Origin: a bacterium
GTDB taxonomy: Bacteria > Patescibacteriota > Minisyncoccia > Phycocordibacterales > UBA5272
DNA: 64,000 bases
Direction: 5' to 3'
NCBI GenBank assembly: GCA_043765155.1
Contig: JAYUJP010000001.1
Coordinates: 19,268 to 83,267 of the forward strand
Part shown: positions 46,513 through 57,322 of the stretch, piece by piece
How the letters are laid out: every line of letters begins with the position of its first letter
Position numbering within the stretch: the stretch's first letter is position 1
Position numbers and translations under genes: made by a program
The notes under the pieces: model-generated
Seen by the model: only the letters and a program-made list of their open reading frames with translations
Databases searched by the model: none
What the model was told of the DNA's origin: nothing

Positions 46513-48258
46513 ATGCAAAAATTTGGAAGAAGTAACTTTAAACAAAACACAACATTAGTCGACACAAAAAGATCGGCTCATATATCAAACATAAAAGATG
46601 GTGACTACAGGATAATCAATCTTGGTGGTACTGAGGAGTGCGGCAAAAATATGACGCTCATAGAGTATAAAAACAGTATACTAATCATAAATGCTGGTGC
46701 CCAATTTTCAGCTAGCTCAATGCCTGGTGTTGACTTTATAATACCAAATATAAAATATCTCGAGGAAAATAAAGACAAGATAAAAGGTGTAATATTTACA
46801 ACTAGTACTCTGGAGTATAGCGGAGCCTTTCCTTTTATAAATGAAATGTTAAATTTTCCGCGCGTATATGGTAGACATTTTACAAATACACTTATACAAA
46901 AAAGAATTGAGAATAAGGGGCTAATCTGCAAGAACGACTTTATACCTGTAGAGGATAATATATCTCTGAATATTGGTGACTTTAAAGTTAGATTTTCAAA
47001 TACTCAGTCCTCTACTCCAGACTCTATGAATATATCTATAGAGACTATAGAAGGTGATATCACTTATATGAGTGACACAAAGCTAGATAAGAATAATGTA
47101 AAAAATCTTGAGACTTTGCCTAATTTTGAAAATAACACTAAGACACTTTGCCTTATTGCTGACTCACTTAATAGTGAAGTAGGGATAAGTGAATTTGAGC
47201 TGTCTGACACAAAAGAAAAACTTAAGAAAGTATTTGCTGAGACCAAAAATAAAATATTTATAACTACTTTTGCTAATAATATATATCATATTATTAAAAT
47301 AATAGAGCTAGCCAAAGAAATGGGAAAGAAAATAATATTAGACAGCAAAACAGTAGAAGAAAATATATCTAGCGCCCAAGAGATTGGACTTATAGGTAAA
47401 ATAGATGACGTAGTCATAGATATACTTGAAAAAGATAAACATAAATCAAGTGACCTTATATATATAGTAACAGGCGAAGAAGGACGTGAGATGGATACTA
47501 TACTCAAAATAGTCGAGACTGATTACAAGGGTATCAAAATCGAGGACGGTGACATAGTAATAATGGCAACACACCCTATTATACATAATCAGCGTGCAGC
47601 CCAGAACTTAAAAGATGGACTGTCACGTGCCGGAGCTGATACTATACATTATAAGTATAGCGATATACTTATAACTCAATCAGGTAGCGGCGAGGACCTA
47701 GCCAAGATACATCGTGCCCTTACACCAAAATTCTTTATACCTATGGCTGGTTGTCACTATATGTTACGCGTACATGCTGATATAGAGAGAAGACTAGGAA
47801 CCCCTGAAAACCATATCATAATACCTGATAATGGTATGATAATCGAGATACGTGATAACTGTCAGCGTATATCTAACACCCGTGAAAAAGTAGATACCGA
47901 GGTTGTAGTAGTGGATGGGAACAAAATAGGTAAGCTGCATAATGTGGTACTAAAAGATAGAGAAATACTAGGAGCCCAAGGAGTATTCTTTATAATATCA
48001 CTCATAGACATGCGCGGTCATAAGCTGAAAAAAGCTCCGGACCTAGCAACGCGTGGATTTGTATTTTTAAAAGAGTCACAAGAATTATTAGTCGGCGCTC
48101 GTGACATGTCCAAAAATATAATCGAGGAATATCTTTATAAAAATAATCACATAGAAATAGACGACATAAAGGAGGCTCTGCAGTCACAAATAGCCAAATA
48201 CCTTATGCTAAAAACAGCTAAGCAGCCAGTCGTAATACCTATAATTATAAGAGTCTAG
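46513..48258 (+). CDS. RNase J paralog with degenerate metal-binding motifs
   Basis: Collinear with the neighbouring RNase J but TTSTLEY replaces THGHLDH and QSGSG replaces HSSGH. Confidence 0.85.
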   Translation: MQKFGRSNFKQNTTLVDTKRSAHISNIKDGDYRIINLGGTEECGKNMTLIEYKNSILIINAGAQFSASSMPGVDFIIPNIKYLEENKDKIKGVIFTTSTLEYSGAFPFINEMLNFPRVYGRHFTNTLIQKRIENKGLICKNDFIPVEDNISLNIGDFKVRFSNTQSSTPDSMNISIETIEGDITYMSDTKLDKNNVKNLETLPNFENNTKTLCLIADSLNSEVGISEFELSDTKEKLKKVFAETKNKIFITTFANNIYHIIKIIELAKEMGKKIILDSKTVEENISSAQEIGLIGKIDDVVIDILEKDKHKSSDLIYIVTGEEGREMDTILKIVETDYKGIKIEDGDIVIMATHPIIHNQRAAQNLKDGLSRAGADTIHYKYSDILITQSGSGEDLAKIHRALTPKFFIPMAGCHYMLRVHADIERRLGTPENHIIIPDNGMIIEIRDNCQRISNTREKVDTEVVVVDGNKIGKLHNVVLKDREILGAQGVFFIISLIDMRGHKLKKAPDLATRGFVFLKESQELLVGARDMSKNIIEEYLYKNNHIEIDDIKEALQSQIAKYLMLKTAKQPVVIPIIIRV

Positions 48259-48307
48259 GCTTTTAAATTATTATAAAAATTTATAAAAAAATATTAATAG
48301 AAAAAAT

Positions 48308-50236
48308 ATGCAAAATAACAACAATAAAAATAGTGGCGGATCATATCAAAACAAAAGGCCTGTAGCAGCTCCAAAAAGATTTGAATCAAAAGGTAGCTAC
48401 CCAGCGACTACACCAAAATCAAGTATGCCAAAATCAAATGACATATTAGATGGTATACAGAGAAAAGATTTTAAATCAAAAAGAGATAAAAAAATAGTGC
48501 AGCCAGTATTTGAAATGAAAATGGGTGAAGCAAATGAGACCGCTAATATACCACCTCTTGCTGATGGTGACATACGTATCATACATCTGGGCGGTGTAGA
48601 AGAGATTGGTAAAAATATGTCCATAGTCGAGTATAAGGATACTATTGTAGTTGTAGACTGTGGTATACAATTCTCAGAAGCTTCGACTCCAGGTATAGAC
48701 TTTATACTTCCTAATACCAAGTATCTAGAGGAGAGAAAGGACAAAATTAAAGGTGTATTTATAACTCATGGTCACCTAGACCATATTGGGGCTATACCCT
48801 ATATTATGCCGCGTATTGGTAACCCTAATCTTTATACTAGGAACTTTACTAGCCTAATGATAAGAAAAAGACATGAGGAGTTCCCATATCTTGATCCGCT
48901 CAAAATTAAAATTGTAGAGAAAACTGACGCCATAGATCTTGGTGGTCTTAAGGTTAGCTTCTTTGGAGTGTCACATGCTATACCGGACTCTATGGGTATC
49001 AGAATAGAGACACCGTACGGTGATATAGTTCATACAGGTGACCTGAGACTCGATCATGAGGCCGGCGTACCTAGCGAGCGTGAGCTAAAAAGCTTTGCTA
49101 GCTTTAACGAGAGAAAGACACTATTACTTATGACCGACTCGACTAATTGTGAGAATCCTGGATTTTCTATTTCTGACTCTATTGTGTATAGAAATATAGA
49201 AACTGCTATACGTGATACTAATGGTAGGCTTATAGTCTCTACTTTTTCTTCACAGGTTGAGCGTATGTTATTTATGCTAGAATGCGCCGAAAAATATGGC
49301 AAAAAAGTAGTAGTCGAAGGTAGAAGTATGAAAACAAATGTCGAGGTTACTAGACTTGCTGACATGATGAAAATAAAACCAGAGACTATTATACCAATAG
49401 AAACTATGGATAATTATCCGCCTAATAAGTTAGTCTTGATGGTAACAGGAGCTCAGGGTGAGGACTTTGCGGCACTGGGTCGTATAGGTCTCAAGAATCA
49501 TAAATATATCAAGTTATCTAAATACGATACTATACTTATGAGTAGCTCAATAGTGCCAGGTAATGAAAGGCCCGTACAAAAGTTAAAAGATAATCTCTCA
49601 AGACAAGGGGCGCATCTTATACTCTATAATACAAGCGATATACACTCTTCAGGTCACGCTAATGCTGACGAGCTAGCGTGGATACACAAGGCTATTAACC
49701 CTAAATTCTTTATACCGGTACACGGATATCATTATATGTTAGCAACACATGCTAATATAGCGATGAAGACTTTAGGTATACCAAGAAAAAGCGTAGTTAT
49801 ACCTGATAATGGTATGGTTATAGAAATAAGGGACAAGGGTGAGACCATAACTCATCTAAAAGAATACGCTCCTCGTGACCTACTAGTTGTAGATGGTACT
49901 AGTGTGGGTAAAATAGCCGACGTCATCATCAAAGATAGGCAGAATCTAGGTGATGAAGGTGTATTCTCAGTTATAGTGCTCATCGACTCGTTTACAAAAA
50001 GATTAAAGAAATCTCCAGACATAGCCTCACGTGGGTTCATATATTTAAAAGAATCTCAGGAGCTACTATTTCAAGTGCGCGAAGAGATAAAGCAAATATG
50101 TGAAAAATATCTACGTGAAAATGCCACCATCAACACTGATGACTTGCGTGCTATCTTAAAACTAAAAGTTCAAGAAATGCTAGTTGACGCTACTGCAAAG
50201 AAGCCGGTAATAATGCCAATTATTATTACTATTTAG
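48308..50236 (+). CDS. rnj: Ribonuclease J
   Basis: GGVEEIGKNM, THGHLDHIG, HTGD, HSSGHA, PVHG. Confidence 0.95.
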   Translation: MQNNNNKNSGGSYQNKRPVAAPKRFESKGSYPATTPKSSMPKSNDILDGIQRKDFKSKRDKKIVQPVFEMKMGEANETANIPPLADGDIRIIHLGGVEEIGKNMSIVEYKDTIVVVDCGIQFSEASTPGIDFILPNTKYLEERKDKIKGVFITHGHLDHIGAIPYIMPRIGNPNLYTRNFTSLMIRKRHEEFPYLDPLKIKIVEKTDAIDLGGLKVSFFGVSHAIPDSMGIRIETPYGDIVHTGDLRLDHEAGVPSERELKSFASFNERKTLLLMTDSTNCENPGFSISDSIVYRNIETAIRDTNGRLIVSTFSSQVERMLFMLECAEKYGKKVVVEGRSMKTNVEVTRLADMMKIKPETIIPIETMDNYPPNKLVLMVTGAQGEDFAALGRIGLKNHKYIKLSKYDTILMSSSIVPGNERPVQKLKDNLSRQGAHLILYNTSDIHSSGHANADELAWIHKAINPKFFIPVHGYHYMLATHANIAMKTLGIPRKSVVIPDNGMVIEIRDKGETITHLKEYAPRDLLVVDGTSVGKIADVIIKDRQNLGDEGVFSVIVLIDSFTKRLKKSPDIASRGFIYLKESQELLFQVREEIKQICEKYLRENATINTDDLRAILKLKVQEMLVDATAKKPVIMPIIITI

Positions 50237-50263
50237 TTAACAGAAACAAAAATTAAAAGTAGG

Positions 50264-50288
50264 AAAGCGCCGGCTACGCCGGCGCTTT
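50264..50288. terminator. GC-rich triloop palindrome after rnj
   Basis: AAAGCGCCGGC-TAC-GCCGGCGCTTT. Confidence 0.75.
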
Positions 50289-50323
50289 TATATGTTATAA
50301 TATTAGTAAGTATAAAATAAAAT

Positions 50324-51493
50324 ATGTCCTCAGAAATAAAAAAGAAATTATTAGTGGTCGGATTCTCAATCTCAATGCTCTACGCCCTCTACTTTGCGAT
50401 GCCGCTATATCTTAACTCTAGCGTGCTGAGTATATATTTTAGCTCCAGTAATGTATCTATAATATTTGCGGTATCTGCGCTGGTGGCCCTCATTACCAGT
50501 CTTTCTCTTGCCAAGTTTATAAGAAAGCTACATAGCCATACCTTCGCCATTTGTGTTATATTTGTTGGATTTTTTGCTACTCTTGGTCTTGGATATTTTG
50601 AGAATATTTATCTGATTCCAGTATTATTTGCGTTACATTTTTCAACCTCTATATTACTTCTTAACATAATCAATCTTTTTATAGAAGAGTTCACCGAGCG
50701 TGATAATGAGGGATCTACTCGTGGTATATTTTTGACTATGATAAATGCTGGTATACTAATATCTCCCCTCATAGCGGGTCAAATACTCAGCGCCTATGGC
50801 TATAAGTGGGTTTATATAGCTTCCGCGCTCATGCTTATACCTGTAGCTTATCTGATACGTCATTATTATGCTAATATTCCGGACCCAATCTATAAGAATG
50901 TAAATATGAGTATGGCTCTAGATCAAGTTAGGAGAAATAAAAATCTGTACGGCATAATGCTAGCTACTTTTTTGCTTGAGTCATTTTTTACAATGATGGC
51001 CATATATGCTCCGCTATACCTCATGATGAATACCACGATAACCTTGGCACAATATATAGGCATCATAATACCTTTTGCGCTCATTCCTTTTGTGTTGTTA
51101 CCATATGAATTAGGGTATCTGGCCGACAAAAAATTTGGTGAAAAAGAGATGCTAATAACTGGTCTTGTTATTATTATAGCCTGCTCACTACTCTTTCCAT
51201 TTTTGATGACAAGTAGTATTTTTTATCTTTCTATATTCTTATTTATCTCTCGCATTGGAGCCGCCATGGTCGAGACTATGTCACATACTTATTTTTACAA
51301 AAAAGTAAAAGTTGAGAGAGTTTCTGTTATAACTTTATTTAATAATGTTAGGACACTCGCTTATATTATCACACCTATAGTAGGCGGCCTAATCATAGCC
51401 CTAGCCGGTAACATGATGTATGTTTTTGTAGTTTATGCTATAATATCTTCTCTAATCTTGATAAAAGTATCTAAAATAAAGGATACCTTATAA
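50324..51493 (+). CDS. MFS transporter
   Basis: About 12 TM; GYLADKKFGEK loop motif. Confidence 0.88.
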   Translation: MSSEIKKKLLVVGFSISMLYALYFAMPLYLNSSVLSIYFSSSNVSIIFAVSALVALITSLSLAKFIRKLHSHTFAICVIFVGFFATLGLGYFENIYLIPVLFALHFSTSILLLNIINLFIEEFTERDNEGSTRGIFLTMINAGILISPLIAGQILSAYGYKWVYIASALMLIPVAYLIRHYYANIPDPIYKNVNMSMALDQVRRNKNLYGIMLATFLLESFFTMMAIYAPLYLMMNTTITLAQYIGIIIPFALIPFVLLPYELGYLADKKFGEKEMLITGLVIIIACSLLFPFLMTSSIFYLSIFLFISRIGAAMVETMSHTYFYKKVKVERVSVITLFNNVRTLAYIITPIVGGLIIALAGNMMYVFVVYAIISSLILIKVSKIKDTL

Positions 51494-51531
51494 TCCTACT
51501 ACGCTAAAGCTACGCAGGACAAGAAAAAAAT

Positions 51532-52608
51532 ATGAAAGACCTAGAATCAAAAAAAGAAATAACAAGAGAAAATCTACTCATAAAAGCTGAAAAGAATATA
51601 CAAGATATTTTAAATATCTGTATAAAGCATAATACAGAAACTAATAACCCTGAGCATAAAAATAAAGCTCTTGTTATATATGATACTGATTATCAGCTGA
51701 CAAATATACTCACAGGGACTTATAAAAAGATTTTGCCCGACGCGACTTTTATCGAGTTCAAAGATGATAACAAACAAGAAATAATTAACTCTTTTGACAC
51801 CATGAATCCTGGTGACCTTGTAGTTATGCTACAGAGCACCAACTTTTTGCTCAATGAGTTTCGTATAAGACTACACCTTTTTAATAAAAACTTAAAAGTC
51901 GTCGAGCATATGCATCTAGAGCGTAACACTCCTGATCAGTGGGAGACATACATAGACTCGCTTGCTTATGATACATCTTGGTATCCAGTTGTTGCACCCG
52001 CTCTCAAAAATAAATTAGATAATTCTAAAATTTTAAATATAGTAACCGGAGCATCAGAGTCTGACACTGCCCTATTAACAATATCTGGCCCACTAGAGGA
52101 TGCTAAGCTTAATATTGGAGATTATACCGGTATGAATAATGTTGGCGGTACATTCCCGATTGGTGAGGTCTTTACCGAGGTGCAGAATTTTGAGGATATG
52201 AACGGTGAAGTATATATATATGCCTTTGCTGATAGTGATTTTAATATTAGCATGCATGAGCCGTTCAAAATCATAATAGAAAATGGACTAGTCACAGGCT
52301 ATGGCGATAATGCGCCTACTAGCTTTATTAATATATATAATCAGGTAAGTGGTCACGAGCGTCCGCTAATACGCGAAGTTGGTTTTGGTCTTAACAAAGC
52401 TATAACCAAGGAGAAATATCTCAATGATATCACCGCCTTTGAGCGTATACTAGGCTCACACCTTTCACTAGGTGAAAAGCATAGTGTCTACAAAAAAGAA
52501 GGTATGCAAAGTAAAAAGACAAAGTATCATGTGGACCTATTTCCTGCTATTATCTCAGCTGAGGTTAATGGTGAAGTTATTTTTAAAGACGGGAAATATG
52601 TGCTGTAG
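51532..52608 (+). CDS. Aminopeptidase-like metalloprotein (M29/AmpT-like)
   Basis: FPIGEVFT, REVGFGLN, ERILGSHLSLG, HVD. Confidence 0.7.
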   Translation: MKDLESKKEITRENLLIKAEKNIQDILNICIKHNTETNNPEHKNKALVIYDTDYQLTNILTGTYKKILPDATFIEFKDDNKQEIINSFDTMNPGDLVVMLQSTNFLLNEFRIRLHLFNKNLKVVEHMHLERNTPDQWETYIDSLAYDTSWYPVVAPALKNKLDNSKILNIVTGASESDTALLTISGPLEDAKLNIGDYTGMNNVGGTFPIGEVFTEVQNFEDMNGEVYIYAFADSDFNISMHEPFKIIIENGLVTGYGDNAPTSFINIYNQVSGHERPLIREVGFGLNKAITKEKYLNDITAFERILGSHLSLGEKHSVYKKEGMQSKKTKYHVDLFPAIISAEVNGEVIFKDGKYVL

Positions 52609-52637
52609 ATTGTATTTTAAATATATTGTACTAATTA

Positions 52638-53372
52638 CTAAATAGCAGCATCATTTTTTATATTCATTTGAGCTTTGTACTTCTCAATAATTTCAGGATA
52701 TTTACCCTCTTTACACTCAGATATAAACTTATTCATACTTTCAGAATCTTTGAACCTCATATAAGTCAAAGCATCCTGGCACACAAAATTTATATCTAAT
52801 TTTCCAGATGTTTTAATATTTATATCAAATGTTTTGAGAGGGTTTGATTTTACAATACTCTGAGCCTCCTGATATCCTTGACTATAGTCAAAATCCCAAC
52901 GAGGCGGTAAAGCAAATACGTAAATATTATTTCTCCCTAACTCACTAGCAGCAAATGGTGCAGCTGATACAGAAAAATTGCCAGCAGTATAAGAAATCCA
53001 CTGATTGATACTAAATACAAGAACAGGAATATCCTCATACGGTAAAGCAGGAGTCCAGTTTGGATTTCTTATTAAGAATTTAGGGCCCATCTGCTTAGTA
53101 CTAGTAGCTTTTAATGAGTTTCCTTCCCAAGTACTACTTACAACTGAATACCCTTTCCAGCTGTCAGGCATAAAAAAGTTAAAACCGAGATTTTGATTGC
53201 TGTATACTACAGGATTATTAGAATTTTCACTAGTAGAAGAGGCATTATTATTAGAAATTGGAATATTAGCAGGTAACACATTTTTATTTTTGAAGTACTG
53301 CAAATATAGAATAGATCCCAGCGTGACAACAATTACTAAAGTTAATAGGTAAATTATTTTATTTTTGTTCAT
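52638..53372 (-). CDS. Hypothetical membrane-anchored extracellular protein (start MNKNK)
   Basis: N-terminal TM, Ser/Asn linker, Y.N..LGF.F..P.SW motif. Confidence 0.7.
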   Translation of the reverse strand: MNKNKIIYLLTLVIVVTLGSILYLQYFKNKNVLPANIPISNNNASSTSENSNNPVVYSNQNLGFNFFMPDSWKGYSVVSSTWEGNSLKATSTKQMGPKFLIRNPNWTPALPYEDIPVLVFSINQWISYTAGNFSVSAAPFAASELGRNNIYVFALPPRWDFDYSQGYQEAQSIVKSNPLKTFDINIKTSGKLDINFVCQDALTYMRFKDSESMNKFISECKEGKYPEIIEKYKAQMNIKNDAAI

Positions 53373-53508
53373 ATATTTAATTGTAGCACAAAAATAAAAT
53401 TTTTTGTCAAGCATCTGCTAAACTTGTGTTTTATAATACAATTATTAAAAAATAAGAAACAAAAATATTTTGAGTATATAGGTAAAATATAGTATAATTT
53501 ATAATAAT

Positions 53509-55089
53509 ATGAAGACGCTGTACTGGCACAAAAGAGATTTTAGACTGATTGACAATGATGTTTTGCATAAACTAGAGGATAATTCTACTGAGTTTATCCC
53601 TTTTTATATCTGGGAGGACTTTTTGATCAACACTTATCAAATGTCAGGTATGCATAAGCATGTAGCGTTACAAGTAATAACTTCGACTAGGGAGCATTAC
53701 AAAAAATATGACGTGCAGCTACTTGAAGTAGCTGGCGATATAATATCTTTTCTAAAAGTGATGAAGGAGATATATAATTTTGACGCCCTATACTCTCACA
53801 TGGAGCATGGCACTACTGACACTTATGAGCGTGACCGCGAGGTTAACAAATGGTGTGATGCAAATAATGTTAAGCGTACCCAGCTCGCCCCCTCCTCTGT
53901 CGTTCGCGGTCTTGAGATGCGTAAACATAGGGAAAAATATTGGCATAAGTATATTAATAGTGCTACCAATACTATTAACAAGCTTGTAACAGTGTCTAAT
54001 AATGAGTATAAAAATATTGAGAATAATTTAACTCCGTTTATACTGGCCAAAGAAAATCTTTATAAAAATATTAGCAAAAGTAGCTCAGAGAATAATTTTG
54101 ATAATATGCTCGCCCCAGTTACCGAAAAGAATGCCCATCTCACTCTTAGGGACTTTTTAAAGGTGAGGAGTCTCAAATATCGCGGTAGCATTTCTTCTCC
54201 AAATACTGCGCTCATTTACGGCTCTAGGCTTTCAGCTCACTTGGCCTGGGGCACTATTTCATTACGTTATATTTATAGAGAGACAAATAAAATAATGGCA
54301 GAGTTAAAAAGATCTATTGACCTTGGTATAAATACGCAAAGTGACAAAAGACAAGTCCAGTCACTACGCGGCTTTTTATCTAGGCTACACTGGAGAGATC
54401 ACTTTATCCAAAGGTTAGAGACTAATAGCTCAATGCCTTGGCGCGCCCTTAATCCAGTTTTTGAAAATATAGAATATGTCCAAGGAAAAGAGAAGGAAAA
54501 AAGGCTAACAGCTTGGCTCACAGGTACTACGGGCGAGCCGCTAGTTGACGCCTGCAGGAGATGTTTGAGGCAGACTGGATTTGTTAATTTTAGAATGCGG
54601 GCCATGTGCGTATCTTACGCTTATTATGCACTCCATATCGACTGGCGTGATATTGGGTTCACTCTTGGCCCTATGTTCTATGATTATGAACCTGGTATAC
54701 ATTGGTCACAGGTGCAGATGCAGGCGGGAGTTGTGGGTATCAATGCCCTACGTGTATATAGCCCCGAAAAGCAAATGCTGGACCAAGATCCTGAATGTAT
54801 CTTTATCAAGAAGCATATCCCTGAGCTTAGCTCATTTACAAGTACCGATATACATAATTATAAGAAAAATAAGCTAGGCGACTATCCAGCTCCGATAGTA
54901 GACTTTTTAGCCTCGAGTAAGATAATGAAAAAGACTATGTATGACCTCAAGAAAAGCACTGAGAATAAAATAGAAAAAGAGATGGTCCTGGCCAAGCATG
55001 GTAGTACGGTGTTCAAAAAACCTTTTAAGAAAAAAGACAAAGGTATCGTGAAGAAAGATGATAGACAAATGAAGTTACTAGAAGATTAA
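53509..55089 (+). CDS. DNA photolyase/cryptochrome family protein
   Basis: WHKRDFRL.DN, SRLSAHLAWG, LHWRDHF.Q, NFRMRAM, DYEPGIHW.Q, RVYSP. Confidence 0.92.
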   Translation: MKTLYWHKRDFRLIDNDVLHKLEDNSTEFIPFYIWEDFLINTYQMSGMHKHVALQVITSTREHYKKYDVQLLEVAGDIISFLKVMKEIYNFDALYSHMEHGTTDTYERDREVNKWCDANNVKRTQLAPSSVVRGLEMRKHREKYWHKYINSATNTINKLVTVSNNEYKNIENNLTPFILAKENLYKNISKSSSENNFDNMLAPVTEKNAHLTLRDFLKVRSLKYRGSISSPNTALIYGSRLSAHLAWGTISLRYIYRETNKIMAELKRSIDLGINTQSDKRQVQSLRGFLSRLHWRDHFIQRLETNSSMPWRALNPVFENIEYVQGKEKEKRLTAWLTGTTGEPLVDACRRCLRQTGFVNFRMRAMCVSYAYYALHIDWRDIGFTLGPMFYDYEPGIHWSQVQMQAGVVGINALRVYSPEKQMLDQDPECIFIKKHIPELSSFTSTDIHNYKKNKLGDYPAPIVDFLASSKIMKKTMYDLKKSTENKIEKEMVLAKHGSTVFKKPFKKKDKGIVKKDDRQMKLLED

Positions 55090-55119
55090 AATTTGATATA
55101 TAAAAGTAGAGTATTTAAC

Positions 55120-55578
55120 TTAAGAATTAATAATTTTTATAAAGTTTTTAAAGTCTACATCTTTTGCTGCGGGGTCCAAATTTAACTTTTCAAAGTCGCC
55201 AATTTTGTCATTGATATAACTGATATGTAAGTGTTCTGGCTTATAATAAGCCACCTTATCTGTGTCACCGTAAAATTCTCTTACTATAACCATTAGCTGA
55301 TTAGTCCCAAATTCTTGCTTAAATTTACCCTTAATATACTCATGAATAGTTTTCCACTCCTGCCACTCATCCACAGACATGTCAGTAATTTTTAGCATAT
55401 GTCTATTTGGTATTAACATTGTGTGATATTTATAATATGGGGCAATATTAAATATCCATTTAAAATATTTAAATTTTTTTATTATAATCTGCGTGTCTGA
55501 CTCACAAAATCTACAAGATATATTTTTTATTTCTTCTAGATGATTTTTATACTCTTCTCTTGATAATAATTTTTGCAT
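55120..55578 (-). CDS. HIT-family protein
   Basis: CRFC, PY..YHTMLIP.RH, EHLHI. Confidence 0.75.
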   Translation of the reverse strand: MQKLLSREEYKNHLEEIKNISCRFCESDTQIIIKKFKYFKWIFNIAPYYKYHTMLIPNRHMLKITDMSVDEWQEWKTIHEYIKGKFKQEFGTNQLMVIVREFYGDTDKVAYYKPEHLHISYINDKIGDFEKLNLDPAAKDVDFKNFIKIINS

Positions 55579-55689
55579 TTTGCTGGCATCCTTGAGCTAG
55601 AATCGTTATCGATCAAGCCTTGTAAAGGTATTTTTAGTACTTTCATTATAGCATTTCGACAGTCTTTGAGCATCTATTTAGACATTAAA

Positions 55690-56631
55690 TTATTTTTCTG
55701 GCTCAATAATATCGTTTATACTTAATGGCTCCACACCTTGCTGATTAATTTGCTTTGGTATGTGCAAAAATCTTTTGTAAGTAGTAACTATTTGTTTGAG
55801 TGTCTGATAAGATCTAACATCTCGAACCACTTCTTTACCAGTATCATGGTCAGTCGGTTTTAGTATTTTTTTATACATTAGAGAAAGTAATGGGGAAGGT
55901 AGAGCGCATGTAATAGAAGTACTCTTTTGATAAACAATAGGTTGACCTGTTTCAGTCTTTGCTAACATTTTAGATTCTGAGAATCCACCCCAAAGTATAG
56001 CAACAACCTTTCCATTTTCTGGATTAAATATAGGCGAACCGCTTGAACCGCCATGAGTAACTGCTTCTACCCATATTTCATGAGGATTTTCACATACAAA
56101 AGGAAGTATCGCGCTTACAATACCTTTTTGTAGTACAGGTGTAAGACGATGAATCCATCCCCCATTAGTTCTAAGTGTATTTGTTCCCATCGGAAATCCT
56201 GAAATTAATACATTATCACCTTCTTCCACTGTTAATGTTTCCTCAATCTCAACAAAAGGCAAGCCTTTGGCTTTTACATAAATAGCTCCAACATCTGGTA
56301 TATCTTCGCCGTAGTTTACAGCACCGTCTATAGCCTTCTCAATTTTGCTTGTTGTGAATGCTTCAACTTCAAGGGGGATCAGTACCATGCCTTCATTGGG
56401 TATGTTATGAAAAAGAATTACTCTTATGGGTATAGCGCTAGGCTCGTCTTTTCTTCTTGGAAGAGTTTCAATAGCTTTTATGACGTGATTGTTTGTAATA
56501 ATTATTCCATCTTCGTGAACAATAAAACCAGTTCCTATAATATCTGGGAAGTCAGGATTTTTAGATAGCTTTGATACAATAGCTACTACGGCAGGTTTTA
56601 CTTTTTTATATATTTCTGACGGTTTACTCAT
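55690..56631 (-). CDS. Trypsin-like serine protease, no signal peptide
   Basis: IGTGF, TNNHV (His), DVGAI (Asp), GGSSGSP (Ser). Confidence 0.88.
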   Translation of the reverse strand: MSKPSEIYKKVKPAVVAIVSKLSKNPDFPDIIGTGFIVHEDGIIITNNHVIKAIETLPRRKDEPSAIPIRVILFHNIPNEGMVLIPLEVEAFTTSKIEKAIDGAVNYGEDIPDVGAIYVKAKGLPFVEIEETLTVEEGDNVLISGFPMGTNTLRTNGGWIHRLTPVLQKGIVSAILPFVCENPHEIWVEAVTHGGSSGSPIFNPENGKVVAILWGGFSESKMLAKTETGQPIVYQKSTSITCALPSPLLSLMYKKILKPTDHDTGKEVVRDVRSYQTLKQIVTTYKRFLHIPKQINQQGVEPLSINDIIEPEK

Positions 56632-57295
56632 ATACTTCTTTCATTAAATTTTTTATATTTTCAAAAGCATCTTCATAATCAAAATCAAGTAGTTTTTTAT
56701 AAACAGTGTCATAGGACTTAAAGTCAGATTCTTCACTCGCTGTTTTTAAATGGGTAACATTGTGTCTCAATTCAATGAAATCAAGAATCTTTAACCAATA
56801 TGCAAGATTACCTACCACAATACCAAGAACACTTTTTATTTTCTCTTCGACACTTAACTTTTTTTCTATTTTTTCTTTTGAAATAAAAATACCTGGCTTT
56901 TTTTCGTAACTAATGTCCTTCGGAATTTTCTGGTTAACCAGGGCTTCAAGAGCAGAGTATGCATAGATGAGAAAACTTATCATTTCAAAAATAAGGTCAT
57001 TATTTTTGAACATTTGACCTTCTACTATTACAGCATGTTTTTTAATGGTATCTAAAGATTTTTTAGCGCCATACAAATAAAACTCGATAGGGTTTGGTGC
57101 TATAAACATTATCTGCCCATATTTTTGGGTTTCAATCATATGATTAATGTTTAGCTTAAAACCCTTTTTGTGAAAGTGTTCACCCTGAAAGTCTTCAAGT
57201 GCTTCGGCTTCGTATAAAGGAGAAACATCATTAATGTCACCAACCTCTAAATTAATTTTTCTGGGAACCCATTTAACGTTTAAAGTATCTTTCAT
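56624..57295 (-). CDS. HEPN-like protein
   Basis: Helical; YSALEA.VN and ELRHNVTH (Rx4H). Confidence 0.65.
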   Translation of the reverse strand: MKDTLNVKWVPRKINLEVGDINDVSPLYEAEALEDFQGEHFHKKGFKLNINHMIETQKYGQIMFIAPNPIEFYLYGAKKSLDTIKKHAVIVEGQMFKNNDLIFEMISFLIYAYSALEALVNQKIPKDISYEKKPGIFISKEKIEKKLSVEEKIKSVLGIVVGNLAYWLKILDFIELRHNVTHLKTASEESDFKSYDTVYKKLLDFDYEDAFENIKNLMKEVYE

Positions 57296-57322
57296 TTTAG
57301 CTATATTTGAGCTAGCTCAATC

